Below are positions 28,648 to 37,825 of a DNA stretch of 64,000 nt, piece by piece. The position numbers and the translations under genes were made by a program. Source of the DNA: an uncultured Thermoleophilia bacterium (lineage in GTDB: Bacteria > Actinomycetota > Thermoleophilia > UBA2241); assembly GCA_963702475.1 (NCBI GenBank), contig CAVPCT010000003.1, positions 96,001 to 160,000 of the forward strand, given 5' to 3'. The first letter of the stretch is position 1, and every line of letters begins with the position of its first letter. The notes under the pieces are model-generated. The model did not search any database, was not told the DNA's origin, and worked only from the letters and a program-made list of their open reading frames with translations.

Positions 28648-30081
28648 ATGCTGGCCCTCGCCCCGGAGGTCCGGGCCGTGGACGTGCCGTCCACGGCGCC
28701 GCCGGGGGTACGCGCCGCCGCCCCCTCTGCCGGCAGCGGCGGCTGGTACTGGCCCGCGGGCACCGAGGAATTCGGCGGGTACGCCGGCTTTCTGGCGCCG
28801 CGCGGCAGCAACGTCCACGTGGCGCAGGACATGCACGCCAAGAAGGGCAGCCCGGTCTACGCCGTCGGCGACGGGACCGTGTGGATCTCCCGCGCCGACA
28901 CCGGCGGCTACGGCGTGGGCGGCAAGCCCGGCGGCTGCATCATCATCGTGCACCGCACGGGGGCCGGAGAGGAGTTCCGCGCCCTCTACGGGCACGTCTC
29001 CAAGCTGGCGGTGAAGGAGGGTGACCGCGTCGTCCCGGGGCAGCTGATCGCGGTCGTGAACGGCCTCGACCACCTGCACTTCGGCATCCACCCCGGGGAG
29101 ACGTACCGCGACCGCAACCCCTACGCCGGCGAGGTGCCCAAGAAGTGGGAGGACCACGGCGGCTGGGTCGACCCGGTCAAGTACCTGCGCACGCATCCGC
29201 GCGGGGCGAGCTACGCGCCGCCGGCGCTGCCCGTCGTCAGGATCCAGACGGATGTGGCTCCGGCCGACTTCGGCGCCGTCGCCGGCGTCGCCTACTGGAC
29301 GGAGCAGGACGGGGAGACGCCGAGCACCTTCGCACACGACCTGGCCGACGGCACGCGGCGGCAGCTGGCGGCCGGCGAAGCGCCGCCGCCGTTCGATGCC
29401 GTCAGATACGCGGTGAACCAGCTCGCCTCGCCGGCCGTCGGCTTCGCCGTGCGCGACCGACTGCCGGTGCTCACGCTCACGACCGACGGGGACGAGCCGG
29501 CCTGGGGTGAGGCGGCCGCGCTCAGCGGCAGCCTCACCAACGCGGCCGGCAAGCCGTTCGTCCGGGCCGATGTGCGGCTGGAGCGCCGGGCGGCCGCCGG
29601 CTGGAAGACGGTGGCGACCCACCGCACGGCGGCCAGGGGCGAGTACTCGTTCACGTACACGCCGCGCACGCGGACGGACCTGCGCGTGCGCTTCCTGCTG
29701 CCGGAGAAGCAGTCGTCCGGAGCCGTGTACGTCGTCCCGGCCCCGGCGCCCGTCGTCTTGACTCCCCAGGTGCAGCTCGGAGTCCCCACGGTCCCGCCCG
29801 CAGCTCGGGTCGGCACGTCGGCGACGTACGCTGGTGGCCTGCTGCCCCGCCACAGTGCCGGGCCGGGCGCCGTGCTGCTCGAGTTCCAGCGCCTCAAGGG
29901 CGGGGCGTGGGCCGCCGCCAAGACGGTCAGAGCCCCCGTCGCCGACGCGGCGCTCGGCTCGGTCTACGTGGGCACGGTCCGTCTGTCAGCCGCGGGTCGC
30001 TGGCGGGTGCGGGCCGTCCACCCGGCCGACGACGCGCACGCGGAGACCGTGAGCACGTGGCGGGCCTTCACGGTGAAGTGA
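28648..30081 (+). CDS. M23 family metallopeptidase with His-containing C-terminal domain
   Basis: HVAQD, YGHV, HLHF; C-terminus WRVRAVHPADDAHAETVSTWRAFTVK; true start uncertain. Confidence 0.85.
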   Translation: MLALAPEVRAVDVPSTAPPGVRAAAPSAGSGGWYWPAGTEEFGGYAGFLAPRGSNVHVAQDMHAKKGSPVYAVGDGTVWISRADTGGYGVGGKPGGCIIIVHRTGAGEEFRALYGHVSKLAVKEGDRVVPGQLIAVVNGLDHLHFGIHPGETYRDRNPYAGEVPKKWEDHGGWVDPVKYLRTHPRGASYAPPALPVVRIQTDVAPADFGAVAGVAYWTEQDGETPSTFAHDLADGTRRQLAAGEAPPPFDAVRYAVNQLASPAVGFAVRDRLPVLTLTTDGDEPAWGEAAALSGSLTNAAGKPFVRADVRLERRAAAGWKTVATHRTAARGEYSFTYTPRTRTDLRVRFLLPEKQSSGAVYVVPAPAPVVLTPQVQLGVPTVPPAARVGTSATYAGGLLPRHSAGPGAVLLEFQRLKGGAWAAAKTVRAPVADAALGSVYVGTVRLSAAGRWRVRAVHPADDAHAETVSTWRAFTVK

Positions 30082-30169
30082 CCGCGCCGCGTGCCGTCCG
30101 GCGGGGATGTGGCGCCTCTCGCGGCGCAGTGCTAAGGTGTGCCGGCTGAGCCAAGTGAGGCAGCCCGGC

Positions 30170-30265
30170 TGAGCGCCGCGCGAGAGTCCGCCCTCGAGGC
30201 GGACGCCGAAGGGGCAAGGCGACCCTCGGGACGCCGAAACTCTCAGGCCCAAGGAGCGCGACGGG
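30170..30265 (+). ncRNA. Glycine riboswitch (single aptamer)
   Basis: GAGAG-hairpin-CGCCGAAGGGGCAA-hairpin-GAAACTCTCAGG..AAGGA consensus upstream of gcvH. Confidence 0.9.
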
Positions 30266-30311
30266 ACGGGCCCCCGGATGATCAGGCGCCGCCGCCGCGG
30301 CGCCGGCCGTC

Positions 30312-30351
30312 AGACAGGGTGGACATCGGTCCATCCTGTCTTCCTTTTTTT
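30312..30351 (+). terminator. Riboswitch expression-platform intrinsic terminator
   Basis: Stem agacagggtggac/gtccatcctgtct with ATCG loop, followed by a T-tract. Confidence 0.85.
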
Positions 30352-30453
30352 CGGTGCCGGGAGCGGCGGCTCCCGCCCGAACGCGCGTTTCCGCCGTCCG
30401 CCCGGCGGGCACGTTGCCAGCGAGCCAGGGCGGTTGCCGAAGGAGGAACGGAC

Positions 30454-30846
30454 ATGGCCGACGAGAGCTATCCCCAGGAACTGCAGTACTACAAGGAGCA
30501 CGATTGGGCGCGCCTGGAGGGTGAGGACGCCGTGTTCGGCATCACCTGGTTCGCCCAGGACGCTCTCGGAGAGATCGTCTACGCGGAGCTTCCGGCCGTA
30601 GGCGACAGCGTCGCCGCAGGCTCCACCTACGGTGAGCTCGAGTCGGTCAAGGCGGTGAGTGAGATCTACGCGCCGCTGAGCGGGGAGGTCGTGGAGGTCA
30701 ACGACGCTCTCCAGGACGAGCCGCAGCGCGTGAACGAGGACTGCTACGGCGAAGGCTGGCTCATCCGCGTCCGCCTCACCGCCCCCGGCGAGATCGGCGA
30801 GCTCATGGACGCCGCCGCGTACAAGGCGTTCCTCGACGAGGCGTGA
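30454..30846 (+). CDS. gcvH: Glycine cleavage system H protein
   Basis: GITWFAQDALGEIVY, ESVKAVSEIYAPLSGEV (lipoyl-Lys). Confidence 0.96.
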   Translation: MADESYPQELQYYKEHDWARLEGEDAVFGITWFAQDALGEIVYAELPAVGDSVAAGSTYGELESVKAVSEIYAPLSGEVVEVNDALQDEPQRVNEDCYGEGWLIRVRLTAPGEIGELMDAAAYKAFLDEA

Positions 30847-30847
30847 G

Positions 30848-32272
30848 GTGGCCGGCAGTACCGTCGACTACGTCCCCCACAGCGCCGATGACCTGAGGGT
30901 CATGCTCGACGCCGTCGGGGCCGAGAGCGTCGACGAACTGTTCATCGCGGTCCCCGAGGCCGTGCGCCGACGGGGACCGCTGGCGTTGCCCGCCGGTCTG
31001 AGCGAGGCTGAGGTCGTGGCCGACCTGCGCCGGCTGGCAGCTGCCGACGTGCCGGCGAGCGCGATGGTGAGCTTCCTTGGAGCCGGCATCTACGACCACT
31101 ACGTGCCGGCGGTGGTCGACGCCGTGGTCTCGCGCAGCGAGTTCCTCACGGCGTACACGCCCTATCAGCCGGAGCGCAGCCAGGGCGTGCTGCAGAGCAT
31201 CTTCGAGTACCAGACGGCCGTCTGCGAGCTCACCGGCCTGGACGTCAGCAACGCGTCCATGTACGACGCCGGCACGGCTCTTGCCGAGGCGTCGGTGCTG
31301 GCGGGGGCGCAGACGGGACGCGGCACCGTCCTGCTCAGCGCCGGCGTGCACCCTGAGTATCGCCAGGTGCTGGCCACGGAGACCGTGGGGTACGGCCCGC
31401 GGCCCGCCGTCGTGGCGCTGGCTGCCGGCGGACTCACCGACCCGGACGCCTTGAGGGCGGCCGCCGGTGACGACACGGCCGCTGTGGTCGTCCAGCAGCC
31501 CAACTTCTTCGGCGGCCTCGAAGACGTCGCGGCGGCAGCCGCGATCGCCCACGAGGCCGGCGCCCTCCTCGTGGTGGTGGCCGACCCGCTCACCCTCGGC
31601 GTGCTGGAGGCCCCCGGGCGCCAGGGCGCCGACATCGTCGTGGGGGAGGCCCAGGCGTTCGGCGGGTCCATGAACTTCGGTGGTCCGGGCGTAGGCTACA
31701 TGGCGGTCACGCAGAAGCTGATGCGCCGCATCCCCGGCCGTCTCGTGGGCGAGACGGTCGACGTGGAGGGCAGGCGTGGCTTCGTGCTCACCCTGCAGAC
31801 GCGCGAGCAGCACATACGCCGCGAGAAGGCCACCAGCAACATCTGCAGCAACCACGCGCTCAACGCCCTGGCCGCCCTCGTCCACCTCACGTGGCTCGGG
31901 CGAGAAGGCCTCGCGGAGCTCGGGCTGCTCTGCGCTCGCAAGGCGCACTACCTGCGCGAGCGCCTGCTCGAGGTCCCCGGTGTGGACGCCTTCACCGGCG
32001 GGCCCGTGGTCCGTGAGTTCGCGCTGCGCCTGCCGGTCCCGGCCGCGGACCTGGTCGAGAGGCTCGTGCCGGCCGGCTTTCTCGCCGGCGTGCCCGCAGG
32101 GCTCGTCGCCGGCCGCCTGCCGGCCACGGCGGCCGAGGGCTCAGGTCTCGAGGACGTGCTGCTGGTCGCCGTGACCGAGAAGCGCACGCGGGCGCAACTC
32201 GACGCCTTCGCCGACGCCTTCGCCGCGGCGCTCGGCGGCCCGCGCTCGTCAAGCGGGGAGGTGACGACGTGA
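30848..32272 (+). CDS. gcvPA: Glycine dehydrogenase subunit 1
   Basis: FLGAGIY, YTPYQPERSQG, NASMYD, REQHIRREKATSNICSN. Confidence 0.96.
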   Translation: MAGSTVDYVPHSADDLRVMLDAVGAESVDELFIAVPEAVRRRGPLALPAGLSEAEVVADLRRLAAADVPASAMVSFLGAGIYDHYVPAVVDAVVSRSEFLTAYTPYQPERSQGVLQSIFEYQTAVCELTGLDVSNASMYDAGTALAEASVLAGAQTGRGTVLLSAGVHPEYRQVLATETVGYGPRPAVVALAAGGLTDPDALRAAAGDDTAAVVVQQPNFFGGLEDVAAAAAIAHEAGALLVVVADPLTLGVLEAPGRQGADIVVGEAQAFGGSMNFGGPGVGYMAVTQKLMRRIPGRLVGETVDVEGRRGFVLTLQTREQHIRREKATSNICSNHALNALAALVHLTWLGREGLAELGLLCARKAHYLRERLLEVPGVDAFTGGPVVREFALRLPVPAADLVERLVPAGFLAGVPAGLVAGRLPATAAEGSGLEDVLLVAVTEKRTRAQLDAFADAFAAALGGPRSSSGEVTT

Positions 32273-33771
32273 GCGCTTCCGCCCCGGCTCCCGGTGAGAC
32301 CGATCGCCGCACCATCTACGAGAAGTCGTGCTGTGGCCGCCGCGCGTACAGCCTGCCGGCTACCGATGTCCCCCAGGTCCCACTCGACCAACTCGTCCCC
32401 GCGAGGCTGCGGCGCAGCTGCGCACCACGCTTGCCCGAGATCAGCGAGGTCGACCTGTTGCGCCACTTCACGGGCCTGTCCACCCTCAACTTCGGGGTGG
32501 AGAGCGGCAGCTACCCGCTCGGCTCGTGCACGATGAAGTACAACCCCAAGGTCAACGAGGCGGCGGCGCGGCTCGAAGGCCTGGCGGGCCTGCACCCGTA
32601 CCAGCCGGAGGCGCTCGTCCAGGGCGCGCTCGAGCTCATGTACGAGCTCGAGCACTGGCTGGCCGAGATCGCCGGCCTCGCGCGCGCCACGCTGCAGCCG
32701 GCGGCCGGCGCCCACGGCGAGCTCGCGGGGCTGCTGGTCATCCGCGCTCATCACCGGGCGCAGGGCCGGGATCCCCGGCGCGTCATCATCCCCGACACCG
32801 CGCACGGCACGAACCCCGCCAGCGTCGTGATGGCCGGCTACCAGCCGGCGGCCGTCTCCAGCGACGTCAAGGGCGGCGTCGACCTCGACTCGCTGAAGCT
32901 GCTGCTGGACGACGACCTGGCCGGGCTCATGCTCACCAATCCCAACACCCTGGGCGTGTTCGACGAGAACATCGCCGAGATCGCCCGTCTGGTGCACGAA
33001 GCCGGCGGCCTGCTCTACTACGACGGCGCCAACAGCAATGCCGTCCTCGGCGTGAGTCGCCCCGGCGACATGGGGTTCGACATCGTCCACTTCAACACGC
33101 ACAAGACGTTCAGCACGCCGCACGGTGGCGGCGGCCCCGGCGCCGGCCCCATCGTGGTCCGCGACACGCTGGTCCCTTACCTGCCCGTTCCCGTCGTGGA
33201 GAAGGGCGCCGACGGTCGCTACTTCTTCGACTACGACCGTCCGCGGTCCATCGGCAAGATGCGCAGCTTCTACGGCAACTTCGGCGTGCTGGTGCGCGCG
33301 TACACATACATCCGCGCGCTCGGTCCCGATGGGCTCAAGCGCGTGAGCGAGATGGCCGTGCTCAACGCCAACTACGTCATGCAGGGCGTCCGCGACCTGT
33401 TCTCGGTGCCGTACCAGGGCCGCTGCATGCACGAGTTCGTGGCCAGCGCCACGCCGCTCAAGGAGAAGTACGGCGTGCGCGCCCTCGACGTCGCCAAGCG
33501 CCTGCTGGACTACGACGTGCACCCGCCCACCACGTACTTCCCGCTCATCGTCGATGAGGCGCTCATGATCGAGCCCACCGAGACGGAGTCGCGAGACGAC
33601 CTGGACAGGCTGATCGAGGCGTTCCGCCGCATCGCAGCGGAGGCCGAGACCGACGCCGACGTGCTGCGGGAGGCGCCGCTCACGATGCCCGTGCGGCGCC
33701 TGGACGAGGCCGGGGCCGCGAGGCACCCGGTGCTCCGCCAGCGGTTCGACGGCGACGGGGCGTGTCCCTGA
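32269..33771 (+). CDS. gcvPB: Glycine dehydrogenase subunit 2
   Basis: YPLGSCTMKYNP, HGTNPAS, HFNTHKTFSTPHGGGGPG. Confidence 0.96.
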   Translation: MSASAPAPGETDRRTIYEKSCCGRRAYSLPATDVPQVPLDQLVPARLRRSCAPRLPEISEVDLLRHFTGLSTLNFGVESGSYPLGSCTMKYNPKVNEAAARLEGLAGLHPYQPEALVQGALELMYELEHWLAEIAGLARATLQPAAGAHGELAGLLVIRAHHRAQGRDPRRVIIPDTAHGTNPASVVMAGYQPAAVSSDVKGGVDLDSLKLLLDDDLAGLMLTNPNTLGVFDENIAEIARLVHEAGGLLYYDGANSNAVLGVSRPGDMGFDIVHFNTHKTFSTPHGGGGPGAGPIVVRDTLVPYLPVPVVEKGADGRYFFDYDRPRSIGKMRSFYGNFGVLVRAYTYIRALGPDGLKRVSEMAVLNANYVMQGVRDLFSVPYQGRCMHEFVASATPLKEKYGVRALDVAKRLLDYDVHPPTTYFPLIVDEALMIEPTETESRDDLDRLIEAFRRIAAEAETDADVLREAPLTMPVRRLDEAGAARHPVLRQRFDGDGACP

Positions 33772-33877
33772 GGCGGAGCGAAGAGCGCTGGGCGGCCGGG
33801 CCGGGACCGGCCGCCCAGCGCGGCCGCCGCGGGGCCGACTCGACCGCCTCCGGCGGCCCGTCGCCGGAGGCGTCGTC

Positions 33878-34558
33878 ATGAGCGTGATCAGGGTGTTGCC
33901 GGAGCTGCGCGCCAACGGCGCCGCCCAAATGGCCCTGGACCAGGGGTTGCTGGAGGCGGCGGAGGTGGTCATCGCGCGCCGGTACACGTGGGCGCCTCCG
34001 GCGCTCTCGCTCGGGCGCTTCCAGAGGTGGGCCCACGAGGTGCCCAAGCTGCCGTTCGACGTGGTGCGGCGGCCCTCCGGCGGCCGCGCCGTGCTGCACG
34101 GTGAGGACTTCGAGTGGTCGTTCGCCTTCGCGTTCCCGCCCGGGTCGCTCGGCGAAGGGATACGGGCGGGGGCCGACGTGGCCCGCCCGTACGACCTCGT
34201 GGCGGGCTCGTTCGCGGCGGCGTTCGAGGCGCTCGGCGTGCAGCTGGACGACGCGCGTACCGAGCCGTACCATCGCTCGACTCTGTGTTTCGCCACCTCG
34301 CTGCGGTACGACCTGTCGGCGCGCGGTGAGAAGCTTGTCGCCGTCGCCCAGGCGCGGGCAGGTGGACGGGCGCTCGTGCACGGCTCGGTGCTCGAGCGGC
34401 GCCCCCCCGATGAGCTCACGCAGGTGGCTGAGACGCTGCTGGGCGAGCCCTGGCAGGGAGAGGGCCTGGCCGGTGCCGGCTACGTGCTGGCGGCCGACAT
34501 GATCTGGAAGCGCGTGCTCGTGAGACTTGAGGCGGCCCTTCGCGGGCTTGCCCCGTGA
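33878..34558 (+). CDS. LipM/LplA-like octanoyltransferase
   Basis: MALD, RRPSGGRAVLH, CF, KLVAVAQ, HGS; short (226 aa). Confidence 0.8.
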   Translation: MSVIRVLPELRANGAAQMALDQGLLEAAEVVIARRYTWAPPALSLGRFQRWAHEVPKLPFDVVRRPSGGRAVLHGEDFEWSFAFAFPPGSLGEGIRAGADVARPYDLVAGSFAAAFEALGVQLDDARTEPYHRSTLCFATSLRYDLSARGEKLVAVAQARAGGRALVHGSVLERRPPDELTQVAETLLGEPWQGEGLAGAGYVLAADMIWKRVLVRLEAALRGLAP

Positions 34559-34568
34559 GGAGGAAGTG

Positions 34569-35975
34569 ATGACGAAGGTCCTGATTTTGGGCGGCGGTCC
34601 CGCGGGGTACGTGGCCGCCGGCCGCGCCGCCCAGCTGGGCGCCGAGGTCGTGCTGGTCGAGTCGCGCGACATCGGCGGCACCTGCCTGAACCGAGGCTGC
34701 ATCCCGACCAAGGCCATGGTCGCCGGCGCCGAACGCCTGCATCAGGCGCGCATCGCCGGCGAGTACGGCGTCACGGTCGGCGAGGTCGGCCTGGATTTCG
34801 GCGCGTTCATGGCGCGCAAGGTCGCCGTCACCACGCAGCTCCGTGACGGCGTGGCGCACCTCCTCAAGGCGCGCAAGGTGCAGGTCGTGGCCGGGCACGC
34901 TACGCTCGCCGGCCCCGGCCGCCTGGCGCTCGCCCCCGGCGCGACGCTGCCCGACGGTGCCGTGCTGGAGCAGGGCGGCGAGCTCGAGGGCGACGCCGTC
35001 ATCCTGTGCAGCGGCTCCGAGCCCGTGCGCATGCGCCTGTTCGACTGGTCGGACGCGCGCCTCATGAGCAGCGACGAGCTCCTGCAGATAGACGAGGTAC
35101 CGCAGAGCCTCGCCATCGTCGGCGGCGGTGTGATCGGCTGCGAGTTCGCCAGCGTCTTCAACAGGCTGGGCAGCGAGGTCACCGTCATCGAGATGCTGGA
35201 CCAGCTGCTGCCCGGCGAGGACAAGCGCACCGGGCGCACGCTGCAGCAGGCGTTCAAGAAGGCGGGCATCGCGGTGCATGTCAAGGCGGGGGTGGAAGAG
35301 GCCGTGCCGGGCGACGCCGGCGTGACGCTGCGCCTCGCCGGCGGCGCCGAGATCACGGCCGCCCGCGTGCTCGTTGCCGTCGGCCGCAGGCCGGTGAGCG
35401 CCGGCCTCGGCTACGAGCAGGCCGGCGTGCAGGTCGACCAGCGCGGCTTCGTCGTCACCGACGAGTCGTGCCGCACCGCGGTGCCGGGCGTGTTCGCCGC
35501 CGGCGACGTGGCCGGTCCGCCGCTGCTCGCCCACTGGGCCTACCATCAGGGTCAGATCGCGGCGGAGAACGCCGTGACCGGTTCCTCGCTGGTCTGCGAC
35601 CGCAGCGTGGTGCCCAGCTGCACGTTCAGCTCGCCGGAGGTCGCGTCCTGCGGGCTCACCGAGGACCGCGCGAGCGCCGAGGGCGTGGAGCACGAGGTGG
35701 CGCACGTGCGCCTCAACGGCAACTCCAAGGCGGTCTGCGACGGCGACGCCGATGGCTACGTGCGCATCGTCTGCGAACCCGGCGGCGGGCGCGTGCTCGG
35801 CGCCAGCCTGGTCGGCCCACACGTCACCGAGCTCGTCCACGAGCTGGCCCTGGCGACGCACGCCGGGCTGACGCTCCAGACGGTGGCCGACACCATCCAC
35901 GCGCACCCCACGCTCAGCGAGGCCGTCGGCGAGGCCGCGCTGTCCGGCGTGGGGCGCGGCACACACAGCCTCTGA
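34569..35975 (+). CDS. lpdA: Dihydrolipoyl dehydrogenase
   Basis: GGGPAGY, GGTCLNRGCIP, GGGVIG, HAHPTLSE. Confidence 0.93.
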   Translation: MTKVLILGGGPAGYVAAGRAAQLGAEVVLVESRDIGGTCLNRGCIPTKAMVAGAERLHQARIAGEYGVTVGEVGLDFGAFMARKVAVTTQLRDGVAHLLKARKVQVVAGHATLAGPGRLALAPGATLPDGAVLEQGGELEGDAVILCSGSEPVRMRLFDWSDARLMSSDELLQIDEVPQSLAIVGGGVIGCEFASVFNRLGSEVTVIEMLDQLLPGEDKRTGRTLQQAFKKAGIAVHVKAGVEEAVPGDAGVTLRLAGGAEITAARVLVAVGRRPVSAGLGYEQAGVQVDQRGFVVTDESCRTAVPGVFAAGDVAGPPLLAHWAYHQGQIAAENAVTGSSLVCDRSVVPSCTFSSPEVASCGLTEDRASAEGVEHEVAHVRLNGNSKAVCDGDADGYVRIVCEPGGGRVLGASLVGPHVTELVHELALATHAGLTLQTVADTIHAHPTLSEAVGEAALSGVGRGTHSL

Positions 35976-35978
35976 CGC

Positions 35979-37076
35979 ATGGCAGGCGCGCCCTCCGAGC
36001 CGCAGCCCGGCGCGCCCCGCCGCCGGCCCCAGCGCCCGTCCGGGCGCCCGCTCACGCCCGGGCGTCACGGCGGCAAACCCCCCTGGCTCAAGCACAGGGC
36101 GCCGGCGCCGCGGCAGTACCGCGCCACCGGCGCCCTGCTCGACGAGCTGGGGCTGCACACTGTGTGCGAGGAGGCGCGCTGTCCCAACAAGGGCGAGTGC
36201 TTCAGCGCGGGTACGGCGACCTTTCTGATCCTCGGCGACGCCTGCACGCGGGCCTGCCGGTTCTGCTCGGTGCAGCACACGCCCGCCGGCGAGAGCCGGC
36301 AAGCCGACGCCACGGCGGCCGGGCCTGCGCAGCCGCTTCGCTGCGTGGACGGGGACGAGCCGGCCCGTGTGGCGCAGGCCGCCGCGCGCCTGGGCCTGCG
36401 GCACGTGGTCGTCACCAGCGTCACGCGCGACGACCTGCCCGACGGCGGCGCCTCGCACTTCGCCGCCACCGTGGCGGCCGTGCGGGCCCAGGTGCCCGGC
36501 GCGACCGTCGAGGTGCTCATATCGGACTTGGGCGGCGACGAAGCGGCGCTGCGCGCCGTGCTCGCCGCCCGCCCCGACGTGCTCGGCCACAACCTCGAGA
36601 CGGTCCCGCGCCTGTACCCGCAGGTGCGGCCGCAGGCCGCCTACGCGCGCTCGCTCGATCTGCTGCGGAACGCGGCGACGTGGGCGAGGGGCGAGGCGCC
36701 GCGAGACGCCGGAGCAGAGCGGATGGCGGCCGCGCCCGCGCGGGAGGTGGCCCCGGGCCGCGCCGCCCCCCGACGTCCTCTGGTCAAGACCGGCATCATG
36801 GTGGGGCTGGGCGAGACCGCGACCGAAGTCGACGAGGTGCTCCGCGACGCGGCGGCGGCCGGGGTCGACCTGGTCACCGTCGGCCAGTACCTGCAGCCGG
36901 GGCGCGACTGCCTGCCGGTGGCGCGGTTCGTGGAGCCGCAGGAGTTCACGTCGTGGGAGCACCGCGGCGCCGAGCTCGGCCTGGCTGTGACGGCGGCGCC
37001 GTTCGTGCGCTCGTCGTACCGTGCCGGAGAGGCGCTGCACGGGCCACCCGCCGACCGCGGGGAGCGGCCTGCGTGA
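35979..37076 (+). CDS. lipA: Lipoyl synthase
   Basis: CEEARCPNKGEC, CTRACRFC, GQYLQP, RSSY. Confidence 0.95.
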   Translation: MAGAPSEPQPGAPRRRPQRPSGRPLTPGRHGGKPPWLKHRAPAPRQYRATGALLDELGLHTVCEEARCPNKGECFSAGTATFLILGDACTRACRFCSVQHTPAGESRQADATAAGPAQPLRCVDGDEPARVAQAAARLGLRHVVVTSVTRDDLPDGGASHFAATVAAVRAQVPGATVEVLISDLGGDEAALRAVLAARPDVLGHNLETVPRLYPQVRPQAAYARSLDLLRNAATWARGEAPRDAGAERMAAAPAREVAPGRAAPRRPLVKTGIMVGLGETATEVDEVLRDAAAAGVDLVTVGQYLQPGRDCLPVARFVEPQEFTSWEHRGAELGLAVTAAPFVRSSYRAGEALHGPPADRGERPA

Positions 37077-37825
37077 GCGGCGACGCCCGACGCGCCACGA
37101 CGCCGCGAGGTCCCGGTCTCCCGCTCCCTACCCCGGCCCTGGTCATGTTCGACCTGGACTTCACCCTGCTGCGTCCCAGCGACCTGTTCGAGGCGCGGGG
37201 GTACCGGCGTACCGGCGAGCGGTTCGGGCTGCGCCTGGACGAGGCGCTCTGGCCGGAGGCGGAGCGCCGCGCCTACGCAGCCATCGCGGCCCGGCGTGGA
37301 CAGACGGGGGACGCGCACGACGACGGCTTGCTCCCGGTGATCGCCCGGGCCCTCATCGAGGGGCTCGGCGGCGGGGAGACGGCCGCCGTCGAGGAGGCCG
37401 TGGCCGCGGTGGCCGACGCCTGGGCACGGGCGGAGAACTTCGGCCTGTACGACGACGTGCTGCCGTGTCTGCGAGCCCTGCGCGACGCCGGAGTGCGCAT
37501 GGCGCTGGCCTCCAACGCGCTGGGCCACGGGGTGGAGGAGGTCGTCGCCCACTTCGCCCTCGACGAGTTCATCGAGGTGAGCGTGTCCAGCGCGGACGTG
37601 GGGGTCGTCAAGCCTTCCTGCGCTCTCTTCGAGGAGGTGTTGCGCCGCACCGGTGTGCCGGCGTCCCGGGCCGTCATGGTCGGCGACAGCGTTAGGGATG
37701 ACGTGGAGGGCGCGCTGGCCTGCGGCTGCGCCGCCGTCCTCCTCGACCGCGCGCGGAGGGTGAGCCGCGCGGAAGTCCCGGCGATCGGCTCGTTGCTCGA
37801 GCTTCCGGCCGCCCTCAGCCTCTGA
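37073..37825 (+). CDS. HAD hydrolase
   Basis: FDLDFTL, SN, KP, MVGDS..DD; GTG overlaps the lipA stop. Confidence 0.85.
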   Translation: MSGDARRATTPRGPGLPLPTPALVMFDLDFTLLRPSDLFEARGYRRTGERFGLRLDEALWPEAERRAYAAIAARRGQTGDAHDDGLLPVIARALIEGLGGGETAAVEEAVAAVADAWARAENFGLYDDVLPCLRALRDAGVRMALASNALGHGVEEVVAHFALDEFIEVSVSSADVGVVKPSCALFEEVLRRTGVPASRAVMVGDSVRDDVEGALACGCAAVLLDRARRVSRAEVPAIGSLLELPAALSL

